Positions 1 through 9,189 are shown, counted from the stretch's first letter. The stretch: DNA of 64,000 nucleotides from an uncultured Gammaproteobacteria bacterium (GCA_964531275.1 CAZHDZ010000002.1:122180-186179), one strand, 5' to 3'. Notes: generated by a model not told the origin, from the letters alone. Numbers and translations are program-made.

Positions 1-420
1 TCCCTTAACAAGCGTAGAGGTTGGGATTTCCTCAATCTGGCCGTCCCTCATAACCTTCGCATTTGGACTTGACATTTTCTTTAAAGACGCAAGGGTCTTT
101 TCTGCCTTATATTCTTGGTAAAACCCAATAATCGCATTAAGAACTATCACTATGCCTATGAGAAAAGCGTCTTTGTAGTCTTGAAGGAAGAGTGACAGCG
201 CAACTGCAGCAATAAGGATATAGATCATAAAACTCGCAAATTGCTTAAAAAATATCTCGAGCGGGGAAATCTTTCTTGGTTCTGGCAATACATTCTCTCC
301 ATCTCGTTCTAGACGTGATTTGGCTTCAGTTTTGGAAAGTCCTGTATCTGGATTGGACTCGAGTTTTTCAAAAATCTGTTTGGGGTTTTGATTGTACGGA
401 AGAAGTGAGGACAGGTCCAT
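1..420 (-). CDS. P-type cation-transporting ATPase (type IIA, Ca2+/Mn2+-like), N-terminal part; runs off the window edge
   Basis: Manual translation from the ATG at 420: MDLSSLLPYNQNPKQIFEKLESNPDTGLSKTEAKSRLERDGENVLPE...QFASFMIYILIAA...NAIIGFYQEYKAEKTLASLKKMSSPNAKVMRDG. This shows the typical GL..EA..RL...G.N and QEYKAE..L..L motifs. Not in the ORF track. Confidence 0.92.
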   Translation of the reverse strand, partial: MDLSSLLPYNQNPKQIFEKLESNPDTGLSKTEAKSRLERDGENVLPEPRKISPLEIFFKQFASFMIYILIAAVALSLFLQDYKDAFLIGIVIVLNAIIGFYQEYKAEKTLASLKKMSSPNAKVMRDGQIEEIPTSTLVKG

Positions 421-445
421 TGTTACATTCTAGAAGAAAACAACT

Positions 446-633
446 CTAAAGTAAAAGATTGCCAAGAACTTAAAGCACTCTTTTCTTTAGATAAACAACA
501 CTAAAGTAAAAGATTGCCAAAAACCTAAAGCACTCTTTTCTTTAGATAATCAATACTAAAGTAAAAGATTGCCAAAAACCTAAAGCACTCTTTTCTTTAG
601 ATAATCAATACTAAAGTAAAAGATTGCCAAGAA
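446..633. repeat. Tandem repeat, 55-bp unit x ~3.4; each unit is a 45-bp imperfect palindrome plus a 10-bp linker
   Basis: Units start at 446, 501, 556 and 611 (CTAAAGTAAAAGATTGCCAARAACYTAAAGCACTCTTTTCTTTAGATAAWCAAYA). Arms are CTAAAG-T-AAAAGA-TTGC and GCA-C-TCTTTT-CTTTAG. Confidence 0.95.
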
Positions 634-709
634 TTTGATATACTCATTTCTTGTGGGTATTCAACGAAATCTTTGATATACTCATTTGTTATGGATGTAC
701 AAGGAAATC
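634..709 (+). repeat. 38-bp tandem duplication of the terC promoter and first codons
   Basis: 634-671 vs 672-709 match at 32/38 nt. Both contain TGATATACT (extended -10). The upstream copy reads GTG-GIQRNL-stop; the gene reads MDVQGNLL. Confidence 0.8.
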
Positions 710-1611
710 TTCTGATTCTATTCGCGGTAATTATAGTAGCCTTCTTGGCTTTAGATCTTGGATACTTCAACAGGAAAGCACATAAAGTAACACCAAAAGC
801 AGCTCTCATACAGTCAATTTTCTGGGTAGGGGTTTCTATCGCCTTTGCTTTTTTAATAGCAATTTACATGGGGCAAAAAGTTGCGGTCGAATTTATGAGC
901 GCGTACGTCACAGAAAAAATGCTGTCTGTAGATAACCTTTTTGTCATAATGCTTATTTTTAATTTCTTCAAAATTGAGGAGAGATTTCATCATAAGGTAC
1001 TTTTCTGGGGAATTATGGGAGCAATTGTTTTTCGTGCAATTTTTATTCTATTGGGAGCATTTATTATTCATAATTTCAGCTGGGTTCTTTATGTATTCGG
1101 AGCGATACTCGTGTATACAGGTATCAAGTTATTTTCTGACAAAAAGGAAGAACATGTTGATTTCAATAATAATCGCGCGGTAAGAATTACTAGAAAATTT
1201 CTTCCGATAACAAGCGATTACCATAATGGTAAATTTTTTACCAGAAAGAAAGGCAAAATTTTATTCACAGAGCTAGTGCTTATTATCGTACTTGTTGAGG
1301 CTACCGATATTGTTTTTGCTATAGATTCTATTCCTGCTGCATTTGCTATTTCTCAAAATCCTTTCATTGTTTTTACTTCTAATATTTTTGCGATTATGGG
1401 ACTAAGAGCTCTGTTCTTTTTGCTTCAGAATGTTATGGATAAATTTCATCATCTACAGAAAGCTTTATCTTTTATTTTAGTTTTTATTGGTGGAAAGATG
1501 CTGCTAGGAATTTTTCATCTTCATTTAGACTCATTAGTATCTTTCGGGGTTATTATGGCCGCCCTTATTATTTCACTTATTACATCTGTACTTTTCCCCA
1601 AGAAAGTCTAG
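691..1611 (+). CDS. TerC/Alx family metal-homeostasis membrane protein
   Basis: EKMLSVDNLFV, KVLFWGIMGAIVFRAIFI, TDIVFAIDSIPAAFAI and FTSNIFAIMGLRALFF motifs. The ATG at 691 is preferred over the TTG at 673. Confidence 0.93.
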   Translation: MDVQGNLLILFAVIIVAFLALDLGYFNRKAHKVTPKAALIQSIFWVGVSIAFAFLIAIYMGQKVAVEFMSAYVTEKMLSVDNLFVIMLIFNFFKIEERFHHKVLFWGIMGAIVFRAIFILLGAFIIHNFSWVLYVFGAILVYTGIKLFSDKKEEHVDFNNNRAVRITRKFLPITSDYHNGKFFTRKKGKILFTELVLIIVLVEATDIVFAIDSIPAAFAISQNPFIVFTSNIFAIMGLRALFFLLQNVMDKFHHLQKALSFILVFIGGKMLLGIFHLHLDSLVSFGVIMAALIISLITSVLFPKKV

Positions 1612-2168
1612 AGGTAGCTGTCAAAAGGAACTGCTGTCTCTCCTCTAAATACCATTCCTGATGTAGATGAGCCTATTGGTAATGTTGCTAGAGCAACTAC
1701 TTTTGCCGCAACCTCCTCAGGAAGCCTGTCTCCACCTGGGTTCATGTTGGTTTTGACTTTGCCTGGGTCCAGAGCATTTATAAGTACTCCATTGTGTGTT
1801 CTTTTTAATTCGCCTGCTAAAGAAGCTAGATAATAAAGTTCTGCAGCCTTAGACATTCCATATCCAGCCCCTCCTTTTGCACCAACCTCCTCAAGAGCTC
1901 TTTTATAGCTTCCCCAACTTCCAAACATCTGAACAATTCTTCCATAATTTGCTTCTTGCATCGCTGGCAAAACAGCTTGTGTCATATTTACAGAACCCAA
2001 TGTGTTCACTTCAAGCTCCTGTCTTATTACATCTATTGATACTGTAGATGCTTTTACGTTGCGGTCTTCTTGAGGAAATACAACGGCACAGTTAACGAGA
2101 ACATTTGCTCCTCCATTTCTCGCGTAGACCCTTCTTGCCAAGTTCTTTACTGCATGCTTAGTTGTCAA
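1608..2168 (-). pseudogene. Short-chain dehydrogenase/reductase, apparently N-terminally truncated
   Basis: VLVNCA, EVNTLG, YGRIV, catalytic YGMSK and DPGKVKTNM are present, but there is no N-terminal TGxxxGxG motif. An in-frame TAA sits directly before the TTG start. Confidence 0.6.
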
Positions 2169-2212
2169 TTATTTTTATATTGATTTGCGGATATTTTGTC
2201 CTGGCGGATGCA

Positions 2213-3334
2213 TTAACTAGTTGCGGGTTTGCTTCCGCTATTGCCCCCAAAGCCAAATCCTTGATCTAGCTTGTTGTTGACACGATTTGATACAAAATCT
2301 CTAAAAACTCCCCGAATTTTACCCGGGATATTGGCTTCATCTGGTTTGTCATATAATCCATCTAGCCCTACAGCTTGCAATACTCCTTCTCCCAGCAAGC
2401 CATATCCTGTGTTTCCGGGCAACACATTTAAAGCCTTAGTTGCTGCACGAGCAGTAGCTCGTTCAACCCATGTCTCATTTGGAGCCCCCAACTCTAACAG
2501 TAATTTACCCAGATTTTTTGTATTGCTCCCAACAGCAGCATGAGAAAGTTTTACAACTTCTTTTTTAAGAGCCGATAAATCACCATCAGACATTGCAAGT
2601 AGCCACCCATCAGCTTTTGCTGACAATTCTGGAACAAGTATATTTCCTGGCAATTTAAAACGTCTTAATGCTTCCCCAACATATGGAATTAGACCAGTAT
2701 TTTGCTCAACTTGCATTGCCGTCATGTCTCTATACCATTTTGTATGCAATGCTTCTCTTACACCTACTCTTCTTACCATTTCTCCTGCCTCCGGGCTTGC
2801 GTCTCTTAAGATCTTATCCTCCAAGTGGTACCAATTACGTGTTAAAAGTTCCTGAGCCATACCAAATGTTGTTAGCTGAACGGGTTTATCACCTGATTCA
2901 TGTATATAATCAAGACTTTGTACTCTAGCTACTTCAGCTTGAATTACGTCTTGAGGAACACCCATCTGCATAAGTATTAGTTGAAAAGGTGTTGAGTGGC
3001 CCTTTTCATCAGGTTCCCAGACATTTCGAGTAAACCTTGTAAGCCAAGGTGCGTTGTGAGCATCTCCTGCTTTTGCAAATTCGTCTGCGTACTGTGTCGT
3101 TGCGCATTCAGTTAATGCAGACAACCAGTTAATATCTTGGAAATCCTTTACTGATATTCCGTTAGGTAGACTATCAAGTGCTGGTGCAATATTTATTCGC
3201 GAAGAAAGATCTAGAAGAACATTCGGTTGCAAAAAACCTGCTGGAGCTGTTGCTTCCAAATGGCTAACATAACCTTCAAGCCCTTGCGCAGTGCTTGTTG
3301 AAGTTGGAGAACCATTGCCTATTATTTCAGACAT
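2213..3334 (-). CDS. Acyl-ACP desaturase-like di-iron (ferritin-like) protein
   Basis: Di-iron ligand pattern ALTE...WEPDEKGH...QELLTR...REALH (ExxH twice), as in DesA-type soluble acyl-ACP desaturases. Confidence 0.75.
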   Translation of the reverse strand: MSEIIGNGSPTSTSTAQGLEGYVSHLEATAPAGFLQPNVLLDLSSRINIAPALDSLPNGISVKDFQDINWLSALTECATTQYADEFAKAGDAHNAPWLTRFTRNVWEPDEKGHSTPFQLILMQMGVPQDVIQAEVARVQSLDYIHESGDKPVQLTTFGMAQELLTRNWYHLEDKILRDASPEAGEMVRRVGVREALHTKWYRDMTAMQVEQNTGLIPYVGEALRRFKLPGNILVPELSAKADGWLLAMSDGDLSALKKEVVKLSHAAVGSNTKNLGKLLLELGAPNETWVERATARAATKALNVLPGNTGYGLLGEGVLQAVGLDGLYDKPDEANIPGKIRGVFRDFVSNRVNNKLDQGFGFGGNSGSKPATS

Positions 3335-3396
3335 AGTATATGTTATCAGATAGATCTCTAGGTAATGAGAATTTTGATATATAATAATTTTTTCAT

Positions 3397-4533
3397 ATGA
3401 ACTACATAGAGGTTATTGATGAGATATTTAGCCAATTCAAAGGGCAAAAGTTTGCTATAAAATTTTGGAATGGCAAAACAATTCAGTATGGTTCCGGAAA
3501 ATCGCCAGCTTTCACTTTAATTTTCAAAGATGAAGTAACGGTTCAGAGATTGCTTGGTCAGGGTTCATTAGGTTTTGGAGAATCCTACATGGATGAGTCC
3601 TTACAGATAGAGGGTGACATTGAAAGCTATCTTCGCATGCGTCACCAATTCAAGCATATAAAGCCTTCTCTTCGTCTTGCCATTGCGCGAATTCTATCCA
3701 ACAAGCCAAGGCATAAAAGTCGCAAAGATCAAATTTCACATCATTACGATTTGGGTAATGATTTTTTTAAATTAATCTTAGACAACACAACCATGATGTA
3801 CTCATCAGCTTTCTATAAAAATGAAAAAGAAAAATTAAATAGTGCTCAAACAAACAAAATAGAATTTATTTGTAAGTGGCTTGATCTACCAAGTAATTCA
3901 CAAGTTCTCGACCTTGGATCCGGTTGGGCAGGATTTGCAAAAATAGCAGCTCAAAAATTTAAGTGGAATGTTATTGGGCTCACATTAAGCCAAGCGCAGC
4001 TTGCCTATTCGCAGGATCTAACTGAAAAAGAAAAATTGCAGAAGAAAGTAGTATTTAAAGAGCAAGATTTTGTAAAAGCTTTACCGTCAAAAAAGTTTGA
4101 TGGAGCGGTAATTATTGAATCTATAGAGCATGTTGGACAAAATAATCTTCAAAAATTCTTTAAGGATGTAGCAAAAGTTCTAAAATCAGGAGCACCTTTT
4201 ATCATTCAGACAACCGGAAGATACGAAATTCACAGAGTAGATAAGTGGACATTGAAGTATGTATTTCCAGGAGGTTATCTTCCAAGTAAGGGAGAGCTGT
4301 TGAAGTATGCTCAGGATGCAGGATTTACTGTCGAGCTTTTCCGCGATGATACAGATGACTACATTCGTACCATGACGATATGGATACAAAATCTGGAAAA
4401 GAATCAAAAGACAATTGAGAAAATGTTTGACAAGTCATTCTATAGACTATGGTATCTATGGATGCATGGAGCAAAAGTTAATTTTGAAATAGGAGACATG
4501 AGTCTTTTTCGAATAAAGTTGCGTCGAGCATAA
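3397..4533 (+). CDS. cfa: Cyclopropane-fatty-acyl-phospholipid synthase family SAM methyltransferase
   Basis: LGFGESYMD, ISHHYDLGNDFF, MYSSAF, VLDLGSGW, IEHVG, KYVFPGGYLP and FYRLW.LW motifs. Confidence 0.9.
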   Translation: MNYIEVIDEIFSQFKGQKFAIKFWNGKTIQYGSGKSPAFTLIFKDEVTVQRLLGQGSLGFGESYMDESLQIEGDIESYLRMRHQFKHIKPSLRLAIARILSNKPRHKSRKDQISHHYDLGNDFFKLILDNTTMMYSSAFYKNEKEKLNSAQTNKIEFICKWLDLPSNSQVLDLGSGWAGFAKIAAQKFKWNVIGLTLSQAQLAYSQDLTEKEKLQKKVVFKEQDFVKALPSKKFDGAVIIESIEHVGQNNLQKFFKDVAKVLKSGAPFIIQTTGRYEIHRVDKWTLKYVFPGGYLPSKGELLKYAQDAGFTVELFRDDTDDYIRTMTIWIQNLEKNQKTIEKMFDKSFYRLWYLWMHGAKVNFEIGDMSLFRIKLRRA

Positions 4534-4577
4534 CAAGTGATTGAGAAATGTAAGGATTTACTGTAATAATCAACTAT

Positions 4578-5429
4578 ATGGACCCTCAAGCACAACAGCC
4601 AACAGCTCAACAAAATCCTGTCCCAACCACCGATTCTATTGCTATATCATCTATTCCTGCTGAAATTCCGAAGAAAGTAAAAAGATTTGAACTCTTGATG
4701 TATATTGGAATTGGATTAAGTCTTCTTACTTCGTCGTCATTTTTCCCATTCCTTCTCTTTGGCCTTGGGCTTGTATATTTAACTGTCAGAAAAAAAATAC
4801 CTTGGGCAAGAACAGCCCTGACAGTAGTGGTTGCTTTCGGTGTTTTTTCGACGTTACTGAGCATGGGAGGAATGCTTTACAACTTTAATCTTATTTATCT
4901 TATTGCCTTGCCTACCGCTTTTATTCAGGTTTATGCCATGTGGCTTATTTATTCAAAAGAAGCTAATCAGTGGATCTATGGCGACTATTCATTGCCAGGG
5001 GCAACGCAACCTACTGTTAGTAGAATTTGGCAAAAAACCATCCCGCTTACTAATCTCATCTTTTTAATAATTTCTGCTATTGCTGTTTTTGGTGTGGATT
5101 TTATTATTCTTATTAATTCTTTTGAGCTTCTTCCTTTTTGGATCGAAATGCTAGTAGTATTTGCAGTTTTTATGATCTTTTTTTATCTTGAGAATTACAG
5201 ATTCAAGTCGAAATTTTCAGATTCGTTTTCCTGGGCAGATAACGGTATTTATTCATTAGTACTTATCAGGAATATAATTCTTTTCTTAAATTTCATACCA
5301 TTCATTCAGATTGCAGGTGCATTAGCAACGGCGGTTGGAATCATTCCCTACATTATTATTTATTCAGTCCTAATTAATAAAAGAGACAAGATTGGTGTAG
5401 TTAACGCTTCTACAAATAATTCATTCTAA
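4578..5429 (+). CDS. Hypothetical multi-pass membrane protein (paralogue of 5881-6786)
   Basis: Low-complexity MDPQ..QQ start and many TM segments. C-terminal PFWIEMLV / SKFS / LFLNFIP.IQI.GA block shared with 5881. Confidence 0.8.
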   Translation: MDPQAQQPTAQQNPVPTTDSIAISSIPAEIPKKVKRFELLMYIGIGLSLLTSSSFFPFLLFGLGLVYLTVRKKIPWARTALTVVVAFGVFSTLLSMGGMLYNFNLIYLIALPTAFIQVYAMWLIYSKEANQWIYGDYSLPGATQPTVSRIWQKTIPLTNLIFLIISAIAVFGVDFIILINSFELLPFWIEMLVVFAVFMIFFYLENYRFKSKFSDSFSWADNGIYSLVLIRNIILFLNFIPFIQIAGALATAVGIIPYIIIYSVLINKRDKIGVVNASTNNSF

Positions 5430-5516
5430 AACAGTAAATTCATGAAGAATCAATACAAACTAGGTTCATCACAGTCTACCCGTAATGGTTCACTGCGTGA
5501 TATGGTGTCTCCTTAA

Positions 5517-5828
5517 ATGCCAGGAAATATTAAAATTTCCAGAGCCCAAATAATTCTAGGAGTTGTTTTTAATGTTCTAAGTTTTTTGATTTTAATATTA
5601 GCCATTAGGGGAAGTTTTGAGATAAAGGATTATGTAGGGGCGCTTCTTTGGAGTTTGGTCTGGGCAACACCTCTTTTGCTTGGAAAGCTTTTTGTTGCTT
5701 ACTTAGCTATTCGTAAAAACTTAAATACCTTAAGAATTCTGCTGTTGCTTTGGTTCTGCTTGGACATAATCGCTTTTTTGATAGTACTTCTTTATATGGA
5801 CTTTTTCCGTGTGTTGAAGTACTTTTAA
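5517..5828 (+). CDS. Small membrane protein resembling the N-terminal domain of 5881-6786
   Basis: GKLFVAYLAIRKNLNTLRILLLLWFCLDII aligns with GKLVLVHFFLRKRSNVIRILLLGWVCLDMI. Confidence 0.7.
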   Translation: MPGNIKISRAQIILGVVFNVLSFLILILAIRGSFEIKDYVGALLWSLVWATPLLLGKLFVAYLAIRKNLNTLRILLLLWFCLDIIAFLIVLLYMDFFRVLKYF

Positions 5829-5880
5829 TTTCTTAGCCCAAGAAGTAACTATCTTAGGCAAGCAATGTGTAGTAAATCTA

Positions 5881-6786
5881 ATGGATCCACAGACCCAAAT
5901 TATTCAACAACCTGTCCAACAAAATTTACCAGAAGGTAAGATCCATGCAATGCCTAGAGCTATGATTTTATTCTCATTCTTAATGTATGTGGGTGCATTT
6001 TTGAGTATAGTTGGTCCTCCCATGATGCTTAAGATGTTGGATTCTGGTTTTTACTCTTCAAGAACAAACGATCAGGCATTATTCCTAAGCGCTTTAGTTA
6101 TTGTACCGTTTGCAGTGGGAAAGTTAGTGCTTGTACACTTTTTTTTGAGAAAGAGAAGCAACGTAATAAGAATTTTATTATTAGGGTGGGTTTGCTTGGA
6201 TATGATCATTGTGATGGCAAATTCGCTTGGTAGCGCTGGTAGTTTTATGGCTCCAATGTTCATTCCGTTTCTTGCTCCTCTTGTTCAACTTATTTCACTC
6301 TTTTTTCTTTTCAGTGCCAGCTCTAGAGAATGGTTCATAACAGGGTTTTCTAGTACATCAGAACTTTCGAGGAGGTATTGGTACAAAATTATACCGAAAA
6401 CAAACATTGTATTTCTGGTACTGTCCTGCATCTTAGTATTTGGGCTAGACTTGTTAATCTTATTGTCTTCACCTATGCTTTTTCCTTTTTGGATTGAAAT
6501 GCTTGTCGCTTTTGGAGTCTTTATGGGATTCTTCTATGCGGAATGCTACACCTTTAGATCTAAGTTTTCTCAATCTTATTCAAGCGTTGATATCCCACTG
6601 TACTGCCTAATAGTTCTACGAAATTTTGTTCTATTCCTCAACTTTATTCCTTTAATTCAAATTATTGGTGCTATATTATCTGCAGTGGGTATTTTGCCTT
6701 ATCTTATTGTGTATGTGATATTAATTAGGATTCGAAATAAAGAAACTATGGTTGCGCCAGTAGCTATTCCTCAACCTCAGCCCTAA
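5881..6786 (+). CDS. Hypothetical multi-pass membrane protein (paralogue of 4578-5429)
   Basis: Shared MDPQ start and conserved C-terminal TM domain. Confidence 0.8.
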   Translation: MDPQTQIIQQPVQQNLPEGKIHAMPRAMILFSFLMYVGAFLSIVGPPMMLKMLDSGFYSSRTNDQALFLSALVIVPFAVGKLVLVHFFLRKRSNVIRILLLGWVCLDMIIVMANSLGSAGSFMAPMFIPFLAPLVQLISLFFLFSASSREWFITGFSSTSELSRRYWYKIIPKTNIVFLVLSCILVFGLDLLILLSSPMLFPFWIEMLVAFGVFMGFFYAECYTFRSKFSQSYSSVDIPLYCLIVLRNFVLFLNFIPLIQIIGAILSAVGILPYLIVYVILIRIRNKETMVAPVAIPQPQP

Positions 6787-7460
6787 AGCTTGCTAGCCTT
6801 TGACATTACCAATTCTGCTGCTACTTCAAATTCGTTACGTAATTTGGTAACTTTTACTTTTTTGGGATCTTTAAAGATATCCTTCGGATAAAGCGGCTTA
6901 CCAAAGGCAAAAATAATTTTCTTTTTTCCAGAAAGAATATTTGGGATAGTAAAATGTTCAGTGCCTGAAATTTTGACTGGAATTATTGGCAAACCCGTTT
7001 TGTAGCTTAAGAATGCTACTCCCCCTCTTGCCTTAGGTTTCTTAATATCACGAGTTACCCTGCCATGTGGAAATATACCTACGTTTCTCCCCTCTTTGAG
7101 AATCTGAAGATGATGAGGAAGGGCTCGTTCGTAGTCCTTAAGACCTTTATATGTTGGATATGCGCCAATTAACCTAAAGAAAAAACCTCCATAAAAGAAA
7201 TTTTTCCAGAACCCTAGGTATTTGTAGCTTGCCAAGGAGACATAGATTACTGGAAAATTTTTTGATAAGAACGGCAGAACAGATACCATAAGGAGTGGAT
7301 CCATTTCACTTAGGTGATAAGGCGCAAATATTGCATTGCTCTTGAGTCTTTCAACGTTTTTTATTCCTTTAATTTGAAGCGAGCAAAACAAAATCATAAC
7401 CGTTCTTAGCGGGAGCCAAACTGCTCGTTGAAAAAATATAGGGGAGGTGTATTTGTTCAT
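6783..7460 (-). CDS. plsC: 1-acyl-sn-glycerol-3-phosphate acyltransferase (PlsC/LPLAT family)
   Basis: HxxxxD (HLSEMD), GIFPHGR (variant of FPEG), GGVAFLS and LPIIPVKISG. The ATG at 7460 is preferred. Confidence 0.8.
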   Translation of the reverse strand: MNKYTSPIFFQRAVWLPLRTVMILFCSLQIKGIKNVERLKSNAIFAPYHLSEMDPLLMVSVLPFLSKNFPVIYVSLASYKYLGFWKNFFYGGFFFRLIGAYPTYKGLKDYERALPHHLQILKEGRNVGIFPHGRVTRDIKKPKARGGVAFLSYKTGLPIIPVKISGTEHFTIPNILSGKKKIIFAFGKPLYPKDIFKDPKKVKVTKLRNEFEVAAELVMSKASKL

Positions 7461-7514
7461 TTTGAAAATGACTATTGACAGAAGAATTTGCAATGATTAC
7501 ATTTTATATACACC

Positions 7515-8162
7515 ATGAATTTGTTAGTAACATTATTTTTTCTTCAGAACATTATAGTAACAACTCTTCTTGGTTACAAATTCTTTTCTCAAAAAAACCC
7601 AGTATTTAAGAATTTTGGCATTGCCTTATTCCTAAATGCAGTAGCATTTGCTATTTGGTCATATGCAATTATCACCCAAGCCTCAGATCTAGGATTTTAC
7701 GTAACTGCTGGTGCTGCACCATTTATTGGATCCTTAGTTTTTTTAATGTTGGTAAGTGCGCAAAAAGTAAGCGAATCAATGAGAAAGAATCTTGTTATTG
7801 GATCTGCGGTAGTAGGTTTGGTGCTATTTGCTTTAAGAACTTTTGTATATCCATCAGCTCCTTCAATTTCTGAAGAAGGTTTGTTCTTCTTCAACTTACA
7901 CCCGATAATTCAAATGTTGTACGCCTTGGGCTTAGGATTTACTGCCATTCCAGCTATTAGTTTTGTGGCCGCAAAATTTAAAGGCAGATATTCTGCTATT
8001 GTGCGTTACGGATTTCTTTTAGAGGTAATTGGCGGAATTCTGCTTATGACAACATCTAATACATTCATGCTTTATATTTTGGGTTGGGTAATGGGTATTA
8101 CTTATTTTGTCCTGTGTGTTACTCTCGTTTTTAATAAAAAAACTTGGTCTCTATCCAATTAG
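7515..8162 (+). CDS. Hypothetical ~7-TM membrane protein
   Basis: 215-aa ORF with about 7 hydrophobic segments and no recognisable motif. Confidence 0.75.
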   Translation: MNLLVTLFFLQNIIVTTLLGYKFFSQKNPVFKNFGIALFLNAVAFAIWSYAIITQASDLGFYVTAGAAPFIGSLVFLMLVSAQKVSESMRKNLVIGSAVVGLVLFALRTFVYPSAPSISEEGLFFFNLHPIIQMLYALGLGFTAIPAISFVAAKFKGRYSAIVRYGFLLEVIGGILLMTTSNTFMLYILGWVMGITYFVLCVTLVFNKKTWSLSN

Positions 8163-8201
8163 TATTCTGCCACTCTTCCTCTGCTAGAATAGCATACCTT
8201 T

Positions 8202-8270
8202 ATGAAAGTTCTACATATAGGTTTATGAAAATTTTACTTATACGACTATGAGAATTTTGCTTACTGGAAT
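8202..8270 (+). repeat. Three 23-bp-period copies of the reductase start; two 8-codon uORFs chained by ATGA overlaps
   Basis: ATGs at 8202, 8225 and 8248 give MKVLHIGL*, MKILLIRL* and MRILLTGISG. An extended -10 TGCTAGAAT lies at 8182-8190. Confidence 0.75.
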
Positions 8271-9186
8271 TTCAGGTAATTTAGGTTATGAAGTAGCTAG
8301 TGAATGTATTAAGAAAAATATTGAGATAATTCCTCTTGTGAGAAATAAGATATCAGTAGAGGAGTTATTTGACGTGAGTATATTCCCCGAAATCATAGAA
8401 ACAGATCTCTTAAGTGACCAAAAAATAAATCTTAGCTCATCAGTTGACGCAATTGTTCATTGCGCGGGAATTGTGCATTTTAAGAAAGCAGAGAATAATA
8501 ATGAGAAAATGCTCACAAAAATGATTGAGCTTGCTAAATGTATTGATGCCCCACTTTACTTTGTGAGCACAGCTTTTACCTTTAGGCCTCACAATGAGAA
8601 CTTTGTCCCGAATAACTCATACGAGCAAGACAAGTATAACTGCGAGAAATTGCTTAAAAATTCAGACATTCAACATTCCATAATAAAACCTTCTGTTCTT
8701 ACTGGCAGCAGTACAGACGGCTCTATAAGAAATTTTACAGGCTACTACTCTCTTCTTAAGGGTCTTTTGCAATACGCTGATATCTCTAGTAATAATGGAA
8801 TCAAATTAAGAGTTCCAAGATTCACGGGTTACTCAGACATTGTTCCTATTGATTTAGTTGCGCAAGAGATTGTTGGAATGGTGAAGTCACATACGCTTAA
8901 CGAATTGTATCTAACAAACATGAATCCACCTAAAGCGATGTGGCTATTTTCTGAGACGTTAGATTACTTTAACCTTTCTGAAGTCGTATCGATGGTAGAC
9001 ATGTCATTTGATCAATTTGGTAAGTTAAAATTGACTAAGGAAGAAAAGGAATTTCGTGAATTTAGCCAACACTTTTTGCCATACTGGGAACTTGGTTATA
9101 ATTTCCCTAATTCTGCGTTAAAGAATGCGTCTGTAGATAGAACTTATTTAAAGAAAATATTAGACTATTTTATATTACATAATTGA
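8248..9186 (+). CDS. NAD-dependent epimerase/reductase (extended SDR)
   Basis: TGISGNLG, IVHCAG, FVST, YEQDK (YxxxK) and IIKPS.LTG. Confidence 0.85.
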   Translation: MRILLTGISGNLGYEVASECIKKNIEIIPLVRNKISVEELFDVSIFPEIIETDLLSDQKINLSSSVDAIVHCAGIVHFKKAENNNEKMLTKMIELAKCIDAPLYFVSTAFTFRPHNENFVPNNSYEQDKYNCEKLLKNSDIQHSIIKPSVLTGSSTDGSIRNFTGYYSLLKGLLQYADISSNNGIKLRVPRFTGYSDIVPIDLVAQEIVGMVKSHTLNELYLTNMNPPKAMWLFSETLDYFNLSEVVSMVDMSFDQFGKLKLTKEEKEFREFSQHFLPYWELGYNFPNSALKNASVDRTYLKKILDYFILHN

Positions 9187-9189
9187 TTA

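Noticed and set aside
446-633. CRISPR array
   Set aside because: The 10-nt linkers and loops are near-identical rather than unique spacers, and there are no cas genes in the window.
421-690. yybP-ykoY manganese riboswitch
   Set aside because: Expected from the gene families, but I see no matching consensus; the region is filled by repeats and terC has a very short leader.
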